IMG/VR virus record: IMGVR_UViG_2851955134_000009
Strand: one strand, 5' to 3'
Source: a virus
Taxonomy: Duplodnaviria > Heunggongvirae > Uroviricota > Caudoviricetes
DNA: 64,000 bases
This document shows positions 46,511 to 55,741 of the stretch, in pieces; position 1 is the first letter of the stretch; each line of letters begins with the position of its first letter. Both the position numbers and the translations under genes were made by a program. The notes beneath the pieces are model-generated. The model had not been told where the DNA came from. It was given only the letters and a program-made list of their open reading frames with translations, and did not search any database.

Positions 46511-46516
46511 ATTATT
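46511..46516. repeat. ATTATT direct repeat, right copy (putative target-site duplication)
   Basis: Identical to 8910-8915. Confidence 0.6.
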
Positions 46517-46535
46517 GCGTGTCAGGAGCGAAACA

Positions 46536-46967
46536 GTGAACAAACCACAATCCCTGCGCCACGCCCTCAATAAAGCGGTGCCTTATGTCCGCAATAACCC
46601 GGACAAACTGCATCTGTTTGTGGATAACGGTTCGCTGGTTGCCACGGGGGCCAGCTCCATGTCATGGGAGTACCGCTACACCCTGAACGTGGTGATTGAG
46701 GATTTCAGCGGCGACCAGAATCTGCTGATGGCCCCGGTTTTGCTGTGGCTGCGTGATAACCAGCCCGATGCCATCAATAACCCGGCGTTACGGGAAAAGC
46801 TATTCACCTTTGAGGTGGATATTCTGCGCAACGATGTCTGTGATATCAGCCTCAACCTGCAACTGACGGAGCGTGTGCTGGTCAGCACTGACGGCAGTGT
46901 GTCGAGCGTTGAAGCTATAGCGGAACCTGATGAACCTGAAGAAATGTGGACGGTGAAACGTGGCTGA
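46536..46967 (+). CDS. R: tail completion protein (P2 gpR-like)
   Basis: GTG start at 46536 with an AGGAG RBS; the upstream ATG of the track ORF (46500) lies inside the Mu-like terminus. Confidence 0.65.
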   Translation: MNKPQSLRHALNKAVPYVRNNPDKLHLFVDNGSLVATGASSMSWEYRYTLNVVIEDFSGDQNLLMAPVLLWLRDNQPDAINNPALREKLFTFEVDILRNDVCDISLNLQLTERVLVSTDGSVSSVEAIAEPDEPEEMWTVKRG

Positions 46968-47406
46968 ACTGCAGAAAGTGGACGACTGGCTGAGTGCCTT
47001 GCTGGCGAATCTGGAGCCAGCCGCAAGAAGCCGCATGATGCGCCAGCTGGCGCAGGAACTACGCCGGACACAGCAGCAAAATATCAGAATGCAGCGCAAT
47101 CCAGATGGCAGCAGTTATGAACCGCGACGGGTAACAGCACGCAGTAAAAAAGGCCGTATCAAACGTCAGATGTTTGCAAAGCTGCGCACCACAAAATACC
47201 TGAAAACTTCCGCCAGCGCCGACTCTGCCAGCGTGCAGTTTGAAGGCAAGGTGCAGCGCATTGCCCGCGTTCACCATTACGGCCTGCGAGATCGCGTCAG
47301 TCGTAAGGGACCGGAGGTGCGTTACGCAGAGCGTCGCCTTCTGGGTGTAAATGATGATGTTGAGGCAATGACCCGCGACATGATTCTGCAATGGCTGGCG
47401 GGGTGA
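46960..47406 (+). CDS. S: tail completion protein (P2 gpS-like)
   Basis: 148 aa overlapping the R stop, as in P2. Confidence 0.7.
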   Translation: MAELQKVDDWLSALLANLEPAARSRMMRQLAQELRRTQQQNIRMQRNPDGSSYEPRRVTARSKKGRIKRQMFAKLRTTKYLKTSASADSASVQFEGKVQRIARVHHYGLRDRVSRKGPEVRYAERRLLGVNDDVEAMTRDMILQWLAG

Positions 47407-47474
47407 TCTTTGTATCAGCACTGATACAAGTTGCAGCACTGCCGCCTTTCTTCCCCTGATGGCAACCTTTCCCT

Positions 47475-48053
47475 ATGAACGCACAATTAACCGAAATCAT
47501 GCGCCTTATCACCAACCTGATCCGCACAGGGGTAGTCACCGAAGTGGACAGGGAAAACTGGCTTTGCCGGGTGAAAACGGGCGAGCTTGAAACCAACTGG
47601 ATCAGCTGGCTGACGCTGCGTGCCGGGAATGCCCGTACATGGTGGCGACCATCGGAAGGTGAGCAGGTGGTGCTGCTGAGTCTGGGCGGCAATCTGGAAA
47701 CCGCCTTTGCGCTGCCCGCTGTCTATTCGAATCAGTTCGCACCACCGTCGACGTCGGCGGACGCCTGCGTGACAGAACATCCTGACGGTGGCTGGTTTGA
47801 ATACGAACCCGCCACCGGGCGCTGGTATGTCAGGGGCATCAAATCAATGGTCATTGAGGCTGCTGACAACATCACCATGAAAACCAGTGAGTTTGTACTG
47901 GAGGCTGACCGCACGCGCATTAACAGCGAAGTGGTGATCAATGGTGGCGTTACCCAGGGCGGCGGAGCGATGAGTTCTAACGGGATCGTGGTTGATGCGC
48001 ATCAGCATACTGGCGTCCTGAAAGGCGGCGATACAACCGGAGGCCCGGTATGA
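47475..48053 (+). CDS. V: baseplate assembly/spike protein (P2 gpV-like)
   Basis: 192 aa, first gene of the V-W-J-I-H-G cluster. Confidence 0.8.
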   Translation: MNAQLTEIMRLITNLIRTGVVTEVDRENWLCRVKTGELETNWISWLTLRAGNARTWWRPSEGEQVVLLSLGGNLETAFALPAVYSNQFAPPSTSADACVTEHPDGGWFEYEPATGRWYVRGIKSMVIEAADNITMKTSEFVLEADRTRINSEVVINGGVTQGGGAMSSNGIVVDAHQHTGVLKGGDTTGGPV

Positions 48054-48409
48054 CGCTTTATAGCGGGATGAACAATACCAGCGGCAAAGTCATTACTGAT
48101 ATTGATCATCTGCGCCAGTCGGTGCGGGACATTCTGCTGACACCGCAGGGTAGCCGTATTGCCCGCCGGGAATATGGTTCCCTGCTGTCGGCACTGATAG
48201 ATCAGCCACAAAATCCGGCATTACGCCTGCAGGTCATGTCGGCAGTGTATGTGGCGCTGAGTCGCTGGGAGCCACGGTTGACGCTGGATTCCATCACCAT
48301 CAACAGCAATTTTGACGGTTCAATGGTGGTGGAGCTGACCGGGCGGCGGAATAACGGTGTGCCTGTGTCCCTTTCCGTATCAACAGGAGCAGAGAATGGC
48401 AGTGATTGA
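48050..48409 (+). CDS. W: baseplate wedge protein (P2 gpW-like)
   Basis: 119 aa. Confidence 0.8.
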   Translation: MTLYSGMNNTSGKVITDIDHLRQSVRDILLTPQGSRIARREYGSLLSALIDQPQNPALRLQVMSAVYVALSRWEPRLTLDSITINSNFDGSMVVELTGRRNNGVPVSLSVSTGAENGSD

Positions 48410-49304
48410 CCTTTCGCAGTTGCCTGCACCGCAGATTGTGGATGTGCCGGACTTTGAGACGCTGCTTGCCGAACGCAAGGCAGAATTTGTGGCGCTTCAT
48501 CCGAAAGATGAGCAGGAAGCAGTGATCCGCACGCTGGAACTGGAATCTGAACCCGCCACTAAATTGTTGCAGGAGAACGCTTACCGTGAGTTGCTTCTGC
48601 GCCAGCGCATTAACGAAGCCGCGCAGGCGGTGATGGTGGCTTACGCGATGGGCGGCGATCTTGACCAGCTCGCTGCCAACTACAACGTGACACGCCTGAC
48701 GGTGACGCCTGCTGATAATGATGCTGTGCCGCCCGTTGCAGCTGTGATGGAAAGCGATGAAGCGTTGCGCCTGCGTGTGCCTGCAGCCTTTGAAGGGCTT
48801 TCTGTTGCGGGGCCAACTGCAGCTTATGAATTTCATGCCCGAAGCGCCGACGGTCGGGTGGCGGATGCCAGTGCAACCAGCCCGGCACCTGCAGAGGTGG
48901 TGCTGACTGTCCTTAGCCGCGAAGGCGATGGAACTGCAGAAAAAGACCTGCTGGACGTGGTGGAAAAAGCTCTGAACAGTGAGAACGTCCGCCCGGTGGC
49001 TGACCGTCTTACGGTTCGCAGCGCAGAAATCATCCCGTATCGCGTGGAAGCCACCATTTTTCTCTATCCTGGACCGGAAGCAGAGCCGGTAATGGCAGCG
49101 GCAAAAGCCAGCCTGCAGAAGTACATCGCCAGTCAGACGCGTCTTGGTCGGGATATTCGCCGTAGCGCCATCTTTGCCGCCCTGCATGTTGAGGGGGTGC
49201 AGCGTGTGGAGCTGGCTTCTCCTCTGGCGGATGTGGTCCTGAACAAAACACAGGCGGCATCATGTACGCAGTGGAGCGTAACCAACGGAGGAACGGATGA
49301 ATAG
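48396..49304 (+). CDS. J: baseplate protein (P2 gpJ-like)
   Basis: Start at MAVIDL (48396), overlapping the W stop. Confidence 0.8.
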   Translation: MAVIDLSQLPAPQIVDVPDFETLLAERKAEFVALHPKDEQEAVIRTLELESEPATKLLQENAYRELLLRQRINEAAQAVMVAYAMGGDLDQLAANYNVTRLTVTPADNDAVPPVAAVMESDEALRLRVPAAFEGLSVAGPTAAYEFHARSADGRVADASATSPAPAEVVLTVLSREGDGTAEKDLLDVVEKALNSENVRPVADRLTVRSAEIIPYRVEATIFLYPGPEAEPVMAAAKASLQKYIASQTRLGRDIRRSAIFAALHVEGVQRVELASPLADVVLNKTQAASCTQWSVTNGGTDE

Positions 49305-49902
49305 TCTGCTGCCACCGGGTTCAACACCACTGGAGCGCCGACTGGCGCAAACCTGCAGCGGGATTTCTGATCTGCAGGTGCCGCTTCGTGATTTGTGGAA
49401 TCCGGCAACCTGTCCGGTCAGTTTCCTGCCTTATCTCGCCTGGGCGTTCTCTGTGGATCGCTGGGACGAGGGCTGGACAGAAAGCGTCAAGCGCCAGGTG
49501 GTGAAGGATGCTTTTTATATTCATCAGCATAAAGGGACCACCAGTGCCGTGCGGCGGGTGGTGGAGCCGTTCGGATTCCTGATCCGCATTATTGAGTGGT
49601 GGCAGACCGGAGAAACACCGGGCACGTTTCGCCTGGATATCGGCGTGCAGGACCAGGGCATCACTGAAGATACCTATCTGGAACTTGAGCGACTGATAAG
49701 CGATGCCAAACCATGTAGCCGCCACATGATCGGCATGTCCATCAATCTGCAGACCAGCGGCCCGCATTGGGTGGGAGCCGCCAGCTATCTTGGCGAAGAA
49801 ATCACGATCTATCCGTATATCAACGAAACGATTATTTCCGGTGGCACCGCGCATGAAGGCGGGGCGGTCCATGTTATTGACACAATGAGAGTGAATCCAT
49901 GA
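49297..49902 (+). CDS. I: baseplate protein (P2 gpI-like)
   Basis: 201 aa. Confidence 0.75.
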   Translation: MNSLLPPGSTPLERRLAQTCSGISDLQVPLRDLWNPATCPVSFLPYLAWAFSVDRWDEGWTESVKRQVVKDAFYIHQHKGTTSAVRRVVEPFGFLIRIIEWWQTGETPGTFRLDIGVQDQGITEDTYLELERLISDAKPCSRHMIGMSINLQTSGPHWVGAASYLGEEITIYPYINETIISGGTAHEGGAVHVIDTMRVNP

Positions 49903-51257
49903 GCACAAAATTTTATACCCTGCTGACGGATATTGGCGCGGCGAAACTTGCCAGCGCCGCCGCGCTCGGTGTGCCGCTAAAAATTACCCATATGGCGGTG
50001 GGCGATGGCGGTGGAGTATTGCCAACGCCGGACGCAAAGCAGACGGCACTGGTAAATGAGAAACGCCGGGCTGCGCTGAATATGCTTTATATCGACCCGC
50101 AGAACAGCAGCCAGATTATTGCCGAACAGGTGATCCCTGAAAACGAGGGCGGTTGGTGGATACGTGAAGTGGGCCTGTTTGATGAGTCAGGGGCATTGAT
50201 TGCCGTGGGCAACTGCCCGGAAAGCTATAAGCCGCAACTGGCTGAAGGTAGCGGGCGCACTCAGACCGTGCGCATGGTGCTGATTACCAGCAGCACGGAC
50301 AATATCACCCTGAAAATCGACCCTGCTGTAGTGCTGGCAACCCGCAAGTATGTGGATGACAAGGCACTGGAGCTGAAGGTGTACGCGGATGATCAGATGG
50401 CAAAACATCTTGCCGCACCGGACCCGCATTCACAGTACGCGCCAAAAGCCAGCCCGACATTTACCGGAACCCCCAAAGCGCCAACGCCAGCGGCGGGGAA
50501 TAATACCACGCAGGTTGCGACCACTGCGTTTGTACAGGCGGCACTGACGGCCCTTATTAATGGTGCGCCAGCCACGCTGGACACGCTGAAAGAAATAGCC
50601 GCAGCCATTAACAATGATCCGAATTTCAGTACCACCATTAACAATGCGCTGGCACTAAAAGCACCGTTGTCGAGTCCGGCACTCACCGGAACGCCAACAG
50701 CCCCCACGGCGGCGCAGTCGGTCAACAATACACAGATTGCCACTACGGCTTTTGTGAAATCGGCGATTGCAGGAATGGTGGGTTCTGCACCTGCTGCACT
50801 GGATACACTGAACGAACTGGCGGCGGCACTGGGGAATGATCCGAACTTTGCCACGACAATGCTTAATGCGCTGGCAGGTAAACAACCGCTGGACAATACG
50901 CTTACCAATTTGAGTGGAAAGGATGTAGCTGGTCTTCTCACATACCTTGGTTTAAGAGCAAGCGGGCAGTACACCGATAATTTGTTATTTACAGGTCCTG
51001 ATGGTCTTAAGATTCAGGTGTTTCGCCGGACGCTCGCAAATTTGACTACTGTCGGTGTAGTAAATTCTGTGCCAGTGACTTTCCCTGTCCCGTTCCCTGT
51101 TAATTGCTGGGGCGTTTTTTCTACCAAATTAACATGGGTTCAGATAACTAACTCATGCGAGTGGGTAAGCAATACAGGATTTACCGCTCAGGTCATGATG
51201 AATATTGCTGTAAATACAAACACCTCAGACGCTATGTTTTTAGCTATAGGATATTAA
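49899..51257 (+). CDS. H: tail fibre protein (P2 gpH-like)
   Basis: 452 aa; N-terminal part conserved with the Mu-like fibre, C-terminal tip differs beyond the junction peptide (LLTYLGL). Confidence 0.8.
   Translation: MSTKFYTLLTDIGAAKLASAAALGVPLKITHMAVGDGGGVLPTPDAKQTALVNEKRRAALNMLYIDPQNSSQIIAEQVIPENEGGWWIREVGLFDESGALIAVGNCPESYKPQLAEGSGRTQTVRMVLITSSTDNITLKIDPAVVLATRKYVDDKALELKVYADDQMAKHLAAPDPHSQYAPKASPTFTGTPKAPTPAAGNNTTQVATTAFVQAALTALINGAPATLDTLKEIAAAINNDPNFSTTINNALALKAPLSSPALTGTPTAPTAAQSVNNTQIATTAFVKSAIAGMVGSAPAALDTLNELAAALGNDPNFATTMLNALAGKQPLDNTLTNLSGKDVAGLLTYLGLRASGQYTDNLLFTGPDGLKIQVFRRTLANLTTVGVVNSVPVTFPVPFPVNCWGVFSTKLTWVQITNSCEWVSNTGFTAQVMMNIAVNTNTSDAMFLAIGY
50937..50962. other. candidate invertase crossover site inside P2-like H (diverged)
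   Basis: Reverse complement cttgctcttaaaccaaggtatgtgag shares the AAACCAAGG core with the other three sites but is less conserved. Confidence 0.35.
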
Positions 51258-51258
51258 T

Positions 51259-51699
51259 ATGAATCGTTTTGTGTTCAGTCCATCTGAGTCCCGTTTTTAT
51301 GCCATCGAGTGGCAGGCTGATTATGTTGATAATAATTGTTGGCCACATGATGCCATTAACGTTAGTGACAGCATTTATTATGAGTTTTCCGGCACTCCCC
51401 CTACAGGTAAGCAACTTATAACTTTAAATAACATGCCAGCATGGGGTGATATTCCTCCACCTACACGAGAAGAATTAATTGTCGCTGCTGATGTGGAGAA
51501 GCAAAAAAGAATAGATTTAGCCAATGATTACATGAACGGTAAGCAATGGCCTGGTAAAGCAGCTATTGGTCGTCTGAAAGGTGAGGAACTGGCACAATAT
51601 AATTTGTGGCTGGATTATCTGGACGCACTGGAGCTGGTCGATACCGCCAGTGCGCCAGATATTGAATGGCCTACGCCTCCGGCAGTTCAGGCCAGATGA
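51259..51699 (+). CDS. G: tail fibre assembly protein (P2 gpG-like)
   Basis: 146 aa immediately downstream of H. Confidence 0.7.
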   Translation: MNRFVFSPSESRFYAIEWQADYVDNNCWPHDAINVSDSIYYEFSGTPPTGKQLITLNNMPAWGDIPPPTREELIVAADVEKQKRIDLANDYMNGKQWPGKAAIGRLKGEELAQYNLWLDYLDALELVDTASAPDIEWPTPPAVQAR

Positions 51700-52273
51700 C
51701 ATCTGGCGCGGTGCTGGTATCAGTTGCCGTCACCGCGTCAATGTAATCCAGTACAGCGTTAAGGCTGGTTGTTTCTGCCTGCGTCAGTTTACGTCCGGCC
51801 TGCAATTTCAGCTGAATCAGACTGATTGAAGCCATTGCAGTATCAATCAGTGACTGGCGCTGTGCTTCTGCTGCATCTACTGCGGCGCTATGCTGTGCTT
51901 CGGTATCCGTCACCCATTTCTCACCATCCCATTTATCGTATGGCGTTAACGGGGCGATAGTGGTTGTATTATCAGGGTAATCACCCGGAGCTGTGATTTC
52001 TTTTGATTCTCCTGTTTCGGTGCTAAAGACGATTTCACCGCGATGGTCTGGCACATATTCCCATGAGTTAAAATCTACAGATCGGCAGATTGCATAACCA
52101 GCTTTGTATGTGCCAGGGGCATCTAAACAGGAATATGCAGGGATACCGACACCAACGGCAAGATATTCAGTTGATGTGGAAATATATTCCCGTGTTTCGC
52201 CATCATAGTTATAGACGGTAATATTCCCCGCCTTTGTAGCAATAAACTCGCTATTTAATACAGCGTTATCCAT
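51671..52273 (-). CDS. alternative tail fibre assembly protein (inverted cassette)
   Basis: 200 aa, convergent with G; roughly half of its residues match the Mu-like chaperone at 10106-10720 by visual alignment. Confidence 0.7.
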   Translation of the reverse strand: MDNAVLNSEFIATKAGNITVYNYDGETREYISTSTEYLAVGVGIPAYSCLDAPGTYKAGYAICRSVDFNSWEYVPDHRGEIVFSTETGESKEITAPGDYPDNTTTIAPLTPYDKWDGEKWVTDTEAQHSAAVDAAEAQRQSLIDTAMASISLIQLKLQAGRKLTQAETTSLNAVLDYIDAVTATDTSTAPDVIWPELPEA

Positions 52274-52815
52274 TATGCAGCCCTCACGATATAGTTAAAT
52301 GCAATATTCCGTGGACGGGTTTCATTTATCCCATATGCTGTTGTTCTCTGATTCCCGACAAAATATCCATTTGGATTAGAAGATACAGAATAATCATCAA
52401 AATCAAGTGGGCTATCAGCACCCGGCGTCAGGCTTGCAATATATCCTCTTCCCATAACTTCTGATGCTGGTATTTCTTTTGTACGATAATCACTAACTCT
52501 GAAGAGCTGCCCTTGGTGGGTGTGTGATTCCACTCCTCCATTCTGAAGACTTAGCAAGGCACGTACAGCATCAATACCACGCCCGTCATCCCAGCCACGA
52601 ATAAACTCACCACGTAAATCAGGCAATTTATTTGTCGGATAAGCCTTTGCCAGTTCCGGGTATTCTTCAGCAGAAAAAGCGGCACCGTTGCATTTCAGCC
52701 AGCCTGTTGGCGGAGTGGCTGAAGGCCACGGAACAGGCACCCCAACCGGTAATGCAGAGCCTTCTCCCAAACCAACGTTTATGAAAATGCAGAGATAACG
52801 GCTAACTGGCATCAT
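52273..52815 (-). CDS. alternative tail-fibre C-terminal (tip) segment, promoterless in current orientation
   Basis: Contains GLGEGSALPVGVPVPWPSATPPTGW junction peptide and NIAFNYIVRAA C-terminus; homologous to the Mu-like fibre tips. Confidence 0.6.
   Translation of the reverse strand: MMPVSRYLCIFINVGLGEGSALPVGVPVPWPSATPPTGWLKCNGAAFSAEEYPELAKAYPTNKLPDLRGEFIRGWDDGRGIDAVRALLSLQNGGVESHTHQGQLFRVSDYRTKEIPASEVMGRGYIASLTPGADSPLDFDDYSVSSNPNGYFVGNQRTTAYGINETRPRNIAFNYIVRAA
52762..52787. other. invertase crossover site (hix/gix-like) adjacent to the P2-like invertase
   Basis: ttctcccaaaccaacgtttatgaaaa, 26-bp imperfect dyad. Confidence 0.5.
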
Positions 52816-52836
52816 CCCCGGTTTTTATTCAGGGGA

Positions 52837-53409
52837 TTGATCATGCTTATTGGCTATGTACGCGTGTCAACAAATGACCAGAACACCGATTTGCAACGTA
52901 ATGCACTGAACTGCGCGGGATGTGAGCGGATTTTTGAGGACAAAATCAGTGGCACTAAGTCCGACAGACCGGGGCTGAAAAAACTACTCAGGACACTATC
53001 GGCAGGAGACACGCTGGTTGTCTGGAAGCTGGACAGGTTGGGGCGCAGTATGCGGCATCTTGTTACGCTGATAGAAGAGTTGCGCCAGCGTGGTGTGAAT
53101 TTCAGAAGCCTGACTGACAGTATTGATACCAGTACCCCAATGGGCCGTTTCTTTTTTCATGTCATGGGTGCCCTGGCTGAAATGGAACGCGAACTGATAG
53201 TTGAACGTACCAGGGCAGGGCTGGCTGCAGCTCGTGCCAAAGGCAGAGTAGGTGGACGCCGTCCTAAGTTGACCACCGAACAGTGGGCACAGATTGGGCG
53301 TTTACTCGAGGCCGGAGAATCAAGACAGCGTATTGCACTGATTTTTGATGTAGGCGTTTCTACCATTTATAGAAAATTTCCGGCAAATAAGATCAATGAA
53401 TCCCCCTGA
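52837..53409 (+). CDS. serine DNA invertase (Gin/Pin/Hin family)
   Basis: 190 aa, MIMLIGYVRVSTNDQ...; most residues match the Mu-like invertase at 8994-9566 by visual alignment. Confidence 0.85.
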   Translation: MIMLIGYVRVSTNDQNTDLQRNALNCAGCERIFEDKISGTKSDRPGLKKLLRTLSAGDTLVVWKLDRLGRSMRHLVTLIEELRQRGVNFRSLTDSIDTSTPMGRFFFHVMGALAEMERELIVERTRAGLAAARAKGRVGGRRPKLTTEQWAQIGRLLEAGESRQRIALIFDVGVSTIYRKFPANKINESP

Positions 53410-53551
53410 ATCAGCATTATGTTGATTATCCCTGCAAGCAGACAAATACCGTTATTTTGTGTGAATAACGACACAACTGCGCTTAGCTGTTTGTCAGGCA
53501 CAATCACTTCAACATAGGGCGAAGCCTAATCCAATCAGGAGGTTCGCCACT

Positions 53552-54724
53552 ATGGCTCAGGATTACCACCACGGGGTGCGCGTTGTTGAAGTCAACGAAG
53601 GCACCCGATCTATTACCACGGTGAGCACCGCCATCGTGGGTATGGTCTGCACGGGCGATGATGCCGATGCAAAAATGTTTCCTCTTAATAAACCCGTGCT
53701 GATCACTGATGTGCTGACTGCCAGCGGTAAAGCGGGTGAGTCAGGTACTCTGGCCCGTTCGCTGGATGCCATCGCTGACCAGGCAAAACCCGTGACCATT
53801 GTTGTGCGTGTGCCGCAGGGTGAAACGGAAGACGAAACCACGACCAATATCATCGGCGCAGTGACCGCTGAAGGTAAAAAAACAGGTATGAAAGCCCTGT
53901 TATCTGCCCAGTCACAGCTCGGCGTTAAACCGCGCATTCTCGGCGTGCCAGGCCACGACACCAAGGCGGTAGCTACTGAGTTGCTGAGCGTGGCGCAAAG
54001 CCTGCGTGGATTTGCTTACCTGTCAGCGTATGGCTGCAAGACAGTGCAGGAGGCGATCACTTACCGCGAAAACTTCAGCCAGCGCGAAGGGATGCTGATC
54101 TGGCCTGACTTTACTGGCTGGGACACGGTGCTGAATGCCGAAGCAACGGCATATGCCACCGCCCGTGCGCTTGGTCTGCGCGCCAAAATTGACGAGCAGA
54201 CCGGATGGCACAAAAGCCTGTCCAACGTGGGCGTGAACGGTGTCACCGGAATTTCTGCAGATGTGTTCTGGGATCTGCAGGACCCGGCAACCGATGCAGG
54301 TCTGCTGAACCAGAACGACGTCACCACGCTTGTGCGTAAAGACGGTTTCCGCTTCTGGGGTTCCCGCTGCCTGAGTGATGACCCGCTCTTTGCCTTCGAA
54401 AACTACACCCGCACGGCGCAGGTGCTGATGGACACGATGGCAGAAGCACACATGTGGGCGGTGGATAAACCGCTTAACCCGTCGCTGGCCCGCGACATTA
54501 TCGAAGGTATCCGCGCCAAAATGCGCAGCCTGGTCAGTCAGGGCTATCTCATTGGTGGTGATTGCTGGCTGGATGAGTCGGTGAACGACAAAGACACGCT
54601 GAAAGCCGGAAAACTCACCATCGACTACGACTACACGCCAGTGCCGCCACTTGAAAACCTGATGCTGCGTCAGCGCATCACCGATCAGTACCTGGTGAAT
54701 TTCGCCAGCCAGGTCAGCGCGTAA
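53552..54724 (+). CDS. FI: contractile tail sheath protein (P2 gpFI-like)
   Basis: 390 aa followed by the tube gene. Confidence 0.85.
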   Translation: MAQDYHHGVRVVEVNEGTRSITTVSTAIVGMVCTGDDADAKMFPLNKPVLITDVLTASGKAGESGTLARSLDAIADQAKPVTIVVRVPQGETEDETTTNIIGAVTAEGKKTGMKALLSAQSQLGVKPRILGVPGHDTKAVATELLSVAQSLRGFAYLSAYGCKTVQEAITYRENFSQREGMLIWPDFTGWDTVLNAEATAYATARALGLRAKIDEQTGWHKSLSNVGVNGVTGISADVFWDLQDPATDAGLLNQNDVTTLVRKDGFRFWGSRCLSDDPLFAFENYTRTAQVLMDTMAEAHMWAVDKPLNPSLARDIIEGIRAKMRSLVSQGYLIGGDCWLDESVNDKDTLKAGKLTIDYDYTPVPPLENLMLRQRITDQYLVNFASQVSA

Positions 54725-54733
54725 GGGGACAAC

Positions 54734-55249
54734 ATGGCTTTACCACGCAAATTAAAACACCTGAACCTGTTTAACGACGGGAACAACTGGCAGGGGATCG
54801 TTGAGTCGCTGACGCTGCCGAAATTTACCCGCAAATATGAGAAGTATCGCGGCGGCGGAATGCCGGGTGCGGTGGATGTGGATCTGGGGCTTGATGACAG
54901 TGCGCTGGACACAGAATTTTCCATTGGTGGTACTGAATTGCTGCTGTTTAAACAGATGGGTAAAGCCACGGTGGATGGCATCCAGCTGCGCTTTACCGGC
55001 TCTATTCAGCGTGACGATACCGGGGAAGTGCAGGCCGTGGAGCTTGTCGTGCGTGGACGTCACAAAGAAGTGGATTCCGGCGAGTGGAAGACGGGCGAAA
55101 GCAACACGACCAAAGTGACCAGTACCAACAGCTACGCGAAGCTGACCATCAATGGTGAGGTGCTCTATGAAGTGGACCTTATCAACATGGTGGAAATTGT
55201 GGACGGTGTGGACCTGATGGAAGCGCACCGCAACGCCCTCGGCCTCTGA
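54734..55249 (+). CDS. FII: tail tube protein (P2 gpFII-like)
   Basis: 171 aa. Confidence 0.85.
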   Translation: MALPRKLKHLNLFNDGNNWQGIVESLTLPKFTRKYEKYRGGGMPGAVDVDLGLDDSALDTEFSIGGTELLLFKQMGKATVDGIQLRFTGSIQRDDTGEVQAVELVVRGRHKEVDSGEWKTGESNTTKVTSTNSYAKLTINGEVLYEVDLINMVEIVDGVDLMEAHRNALGL

Positions 55250-55303
55250 TATATCTGAACGGCGCGGGATACCGCGCCAGAACCCAATTGACAGGACAGT
55301 AAA

Positions 55304-55606
55304 ATGAGCGATAAGCAGACTGAAAAGACCATTCAACTGGATACCCCCATCAAGCGCGGTAAAACAGAAATCACCGAAATTGTGCTGCGTAAACCGCAGT
55401 CTGGTGCGCTACGCGGTACACGCCTGCAGGCCATTATGGATATGGATGTGAACGCGATGATGACCGTGATCCCCCGCATCTCCAGCCCGGCACTGACTGC
55501 ACAGGAAATTGCAGAGATGGACCCGGCAGATCTCACTGCCATGTCGGTTGAGGTTGTCACTTTTTTGTTGAAGAAGTCGGTGCTTGCCGGTTTACCGACA
55601 GCCTGA
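55304..55606 (+). CDS. E: tail assembly chaperone (P2 gpE-like)
   Basis: 100 aa; contains the slippery heptamer TTTTTTG at 55561-55567. Confidence 0.7.
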   Translation: MSDKQTEKTIQLDTPIKRGKTEITEIVLRKPQSGALRGTRLQAIMDMDVNAMMTVIPRISSPALTAQEIAEMDPADLTAMSVEVVTFLLKKSVLAGLPTA

Positions 55607-55741
55607 CGGTTGACGATCTGGTGGCAGATATCGCCACCATTTTTCACTGGCCGCCATCCGTTACTGACGTTATGCCGCTGACCGAAGTGCTGGAATGGCG
55701 GTATAAAGCGATTCAGAGAAGCGGGGCCAACGATGAGTGAT
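55304..55741 (+). CDS. tail assembly chaperone E+E' (predicted -1 frameshift product)
   Basis: A -1 shift at TTTTTTG (55561-55567) extends translation to the TGA at 55739-55741, overlapping the tape measure start, as in P2. Confidence 0.55.

Noticed and set aside
46500-46535. ATG at 46500 as the start of the gpR-like gene
   Set aside because: That ATG lies inside the Mu-like terminal repeat, so the longer ORF is a chimera created by the insertion. The GTG at 46536 has an AGGAG RBS.
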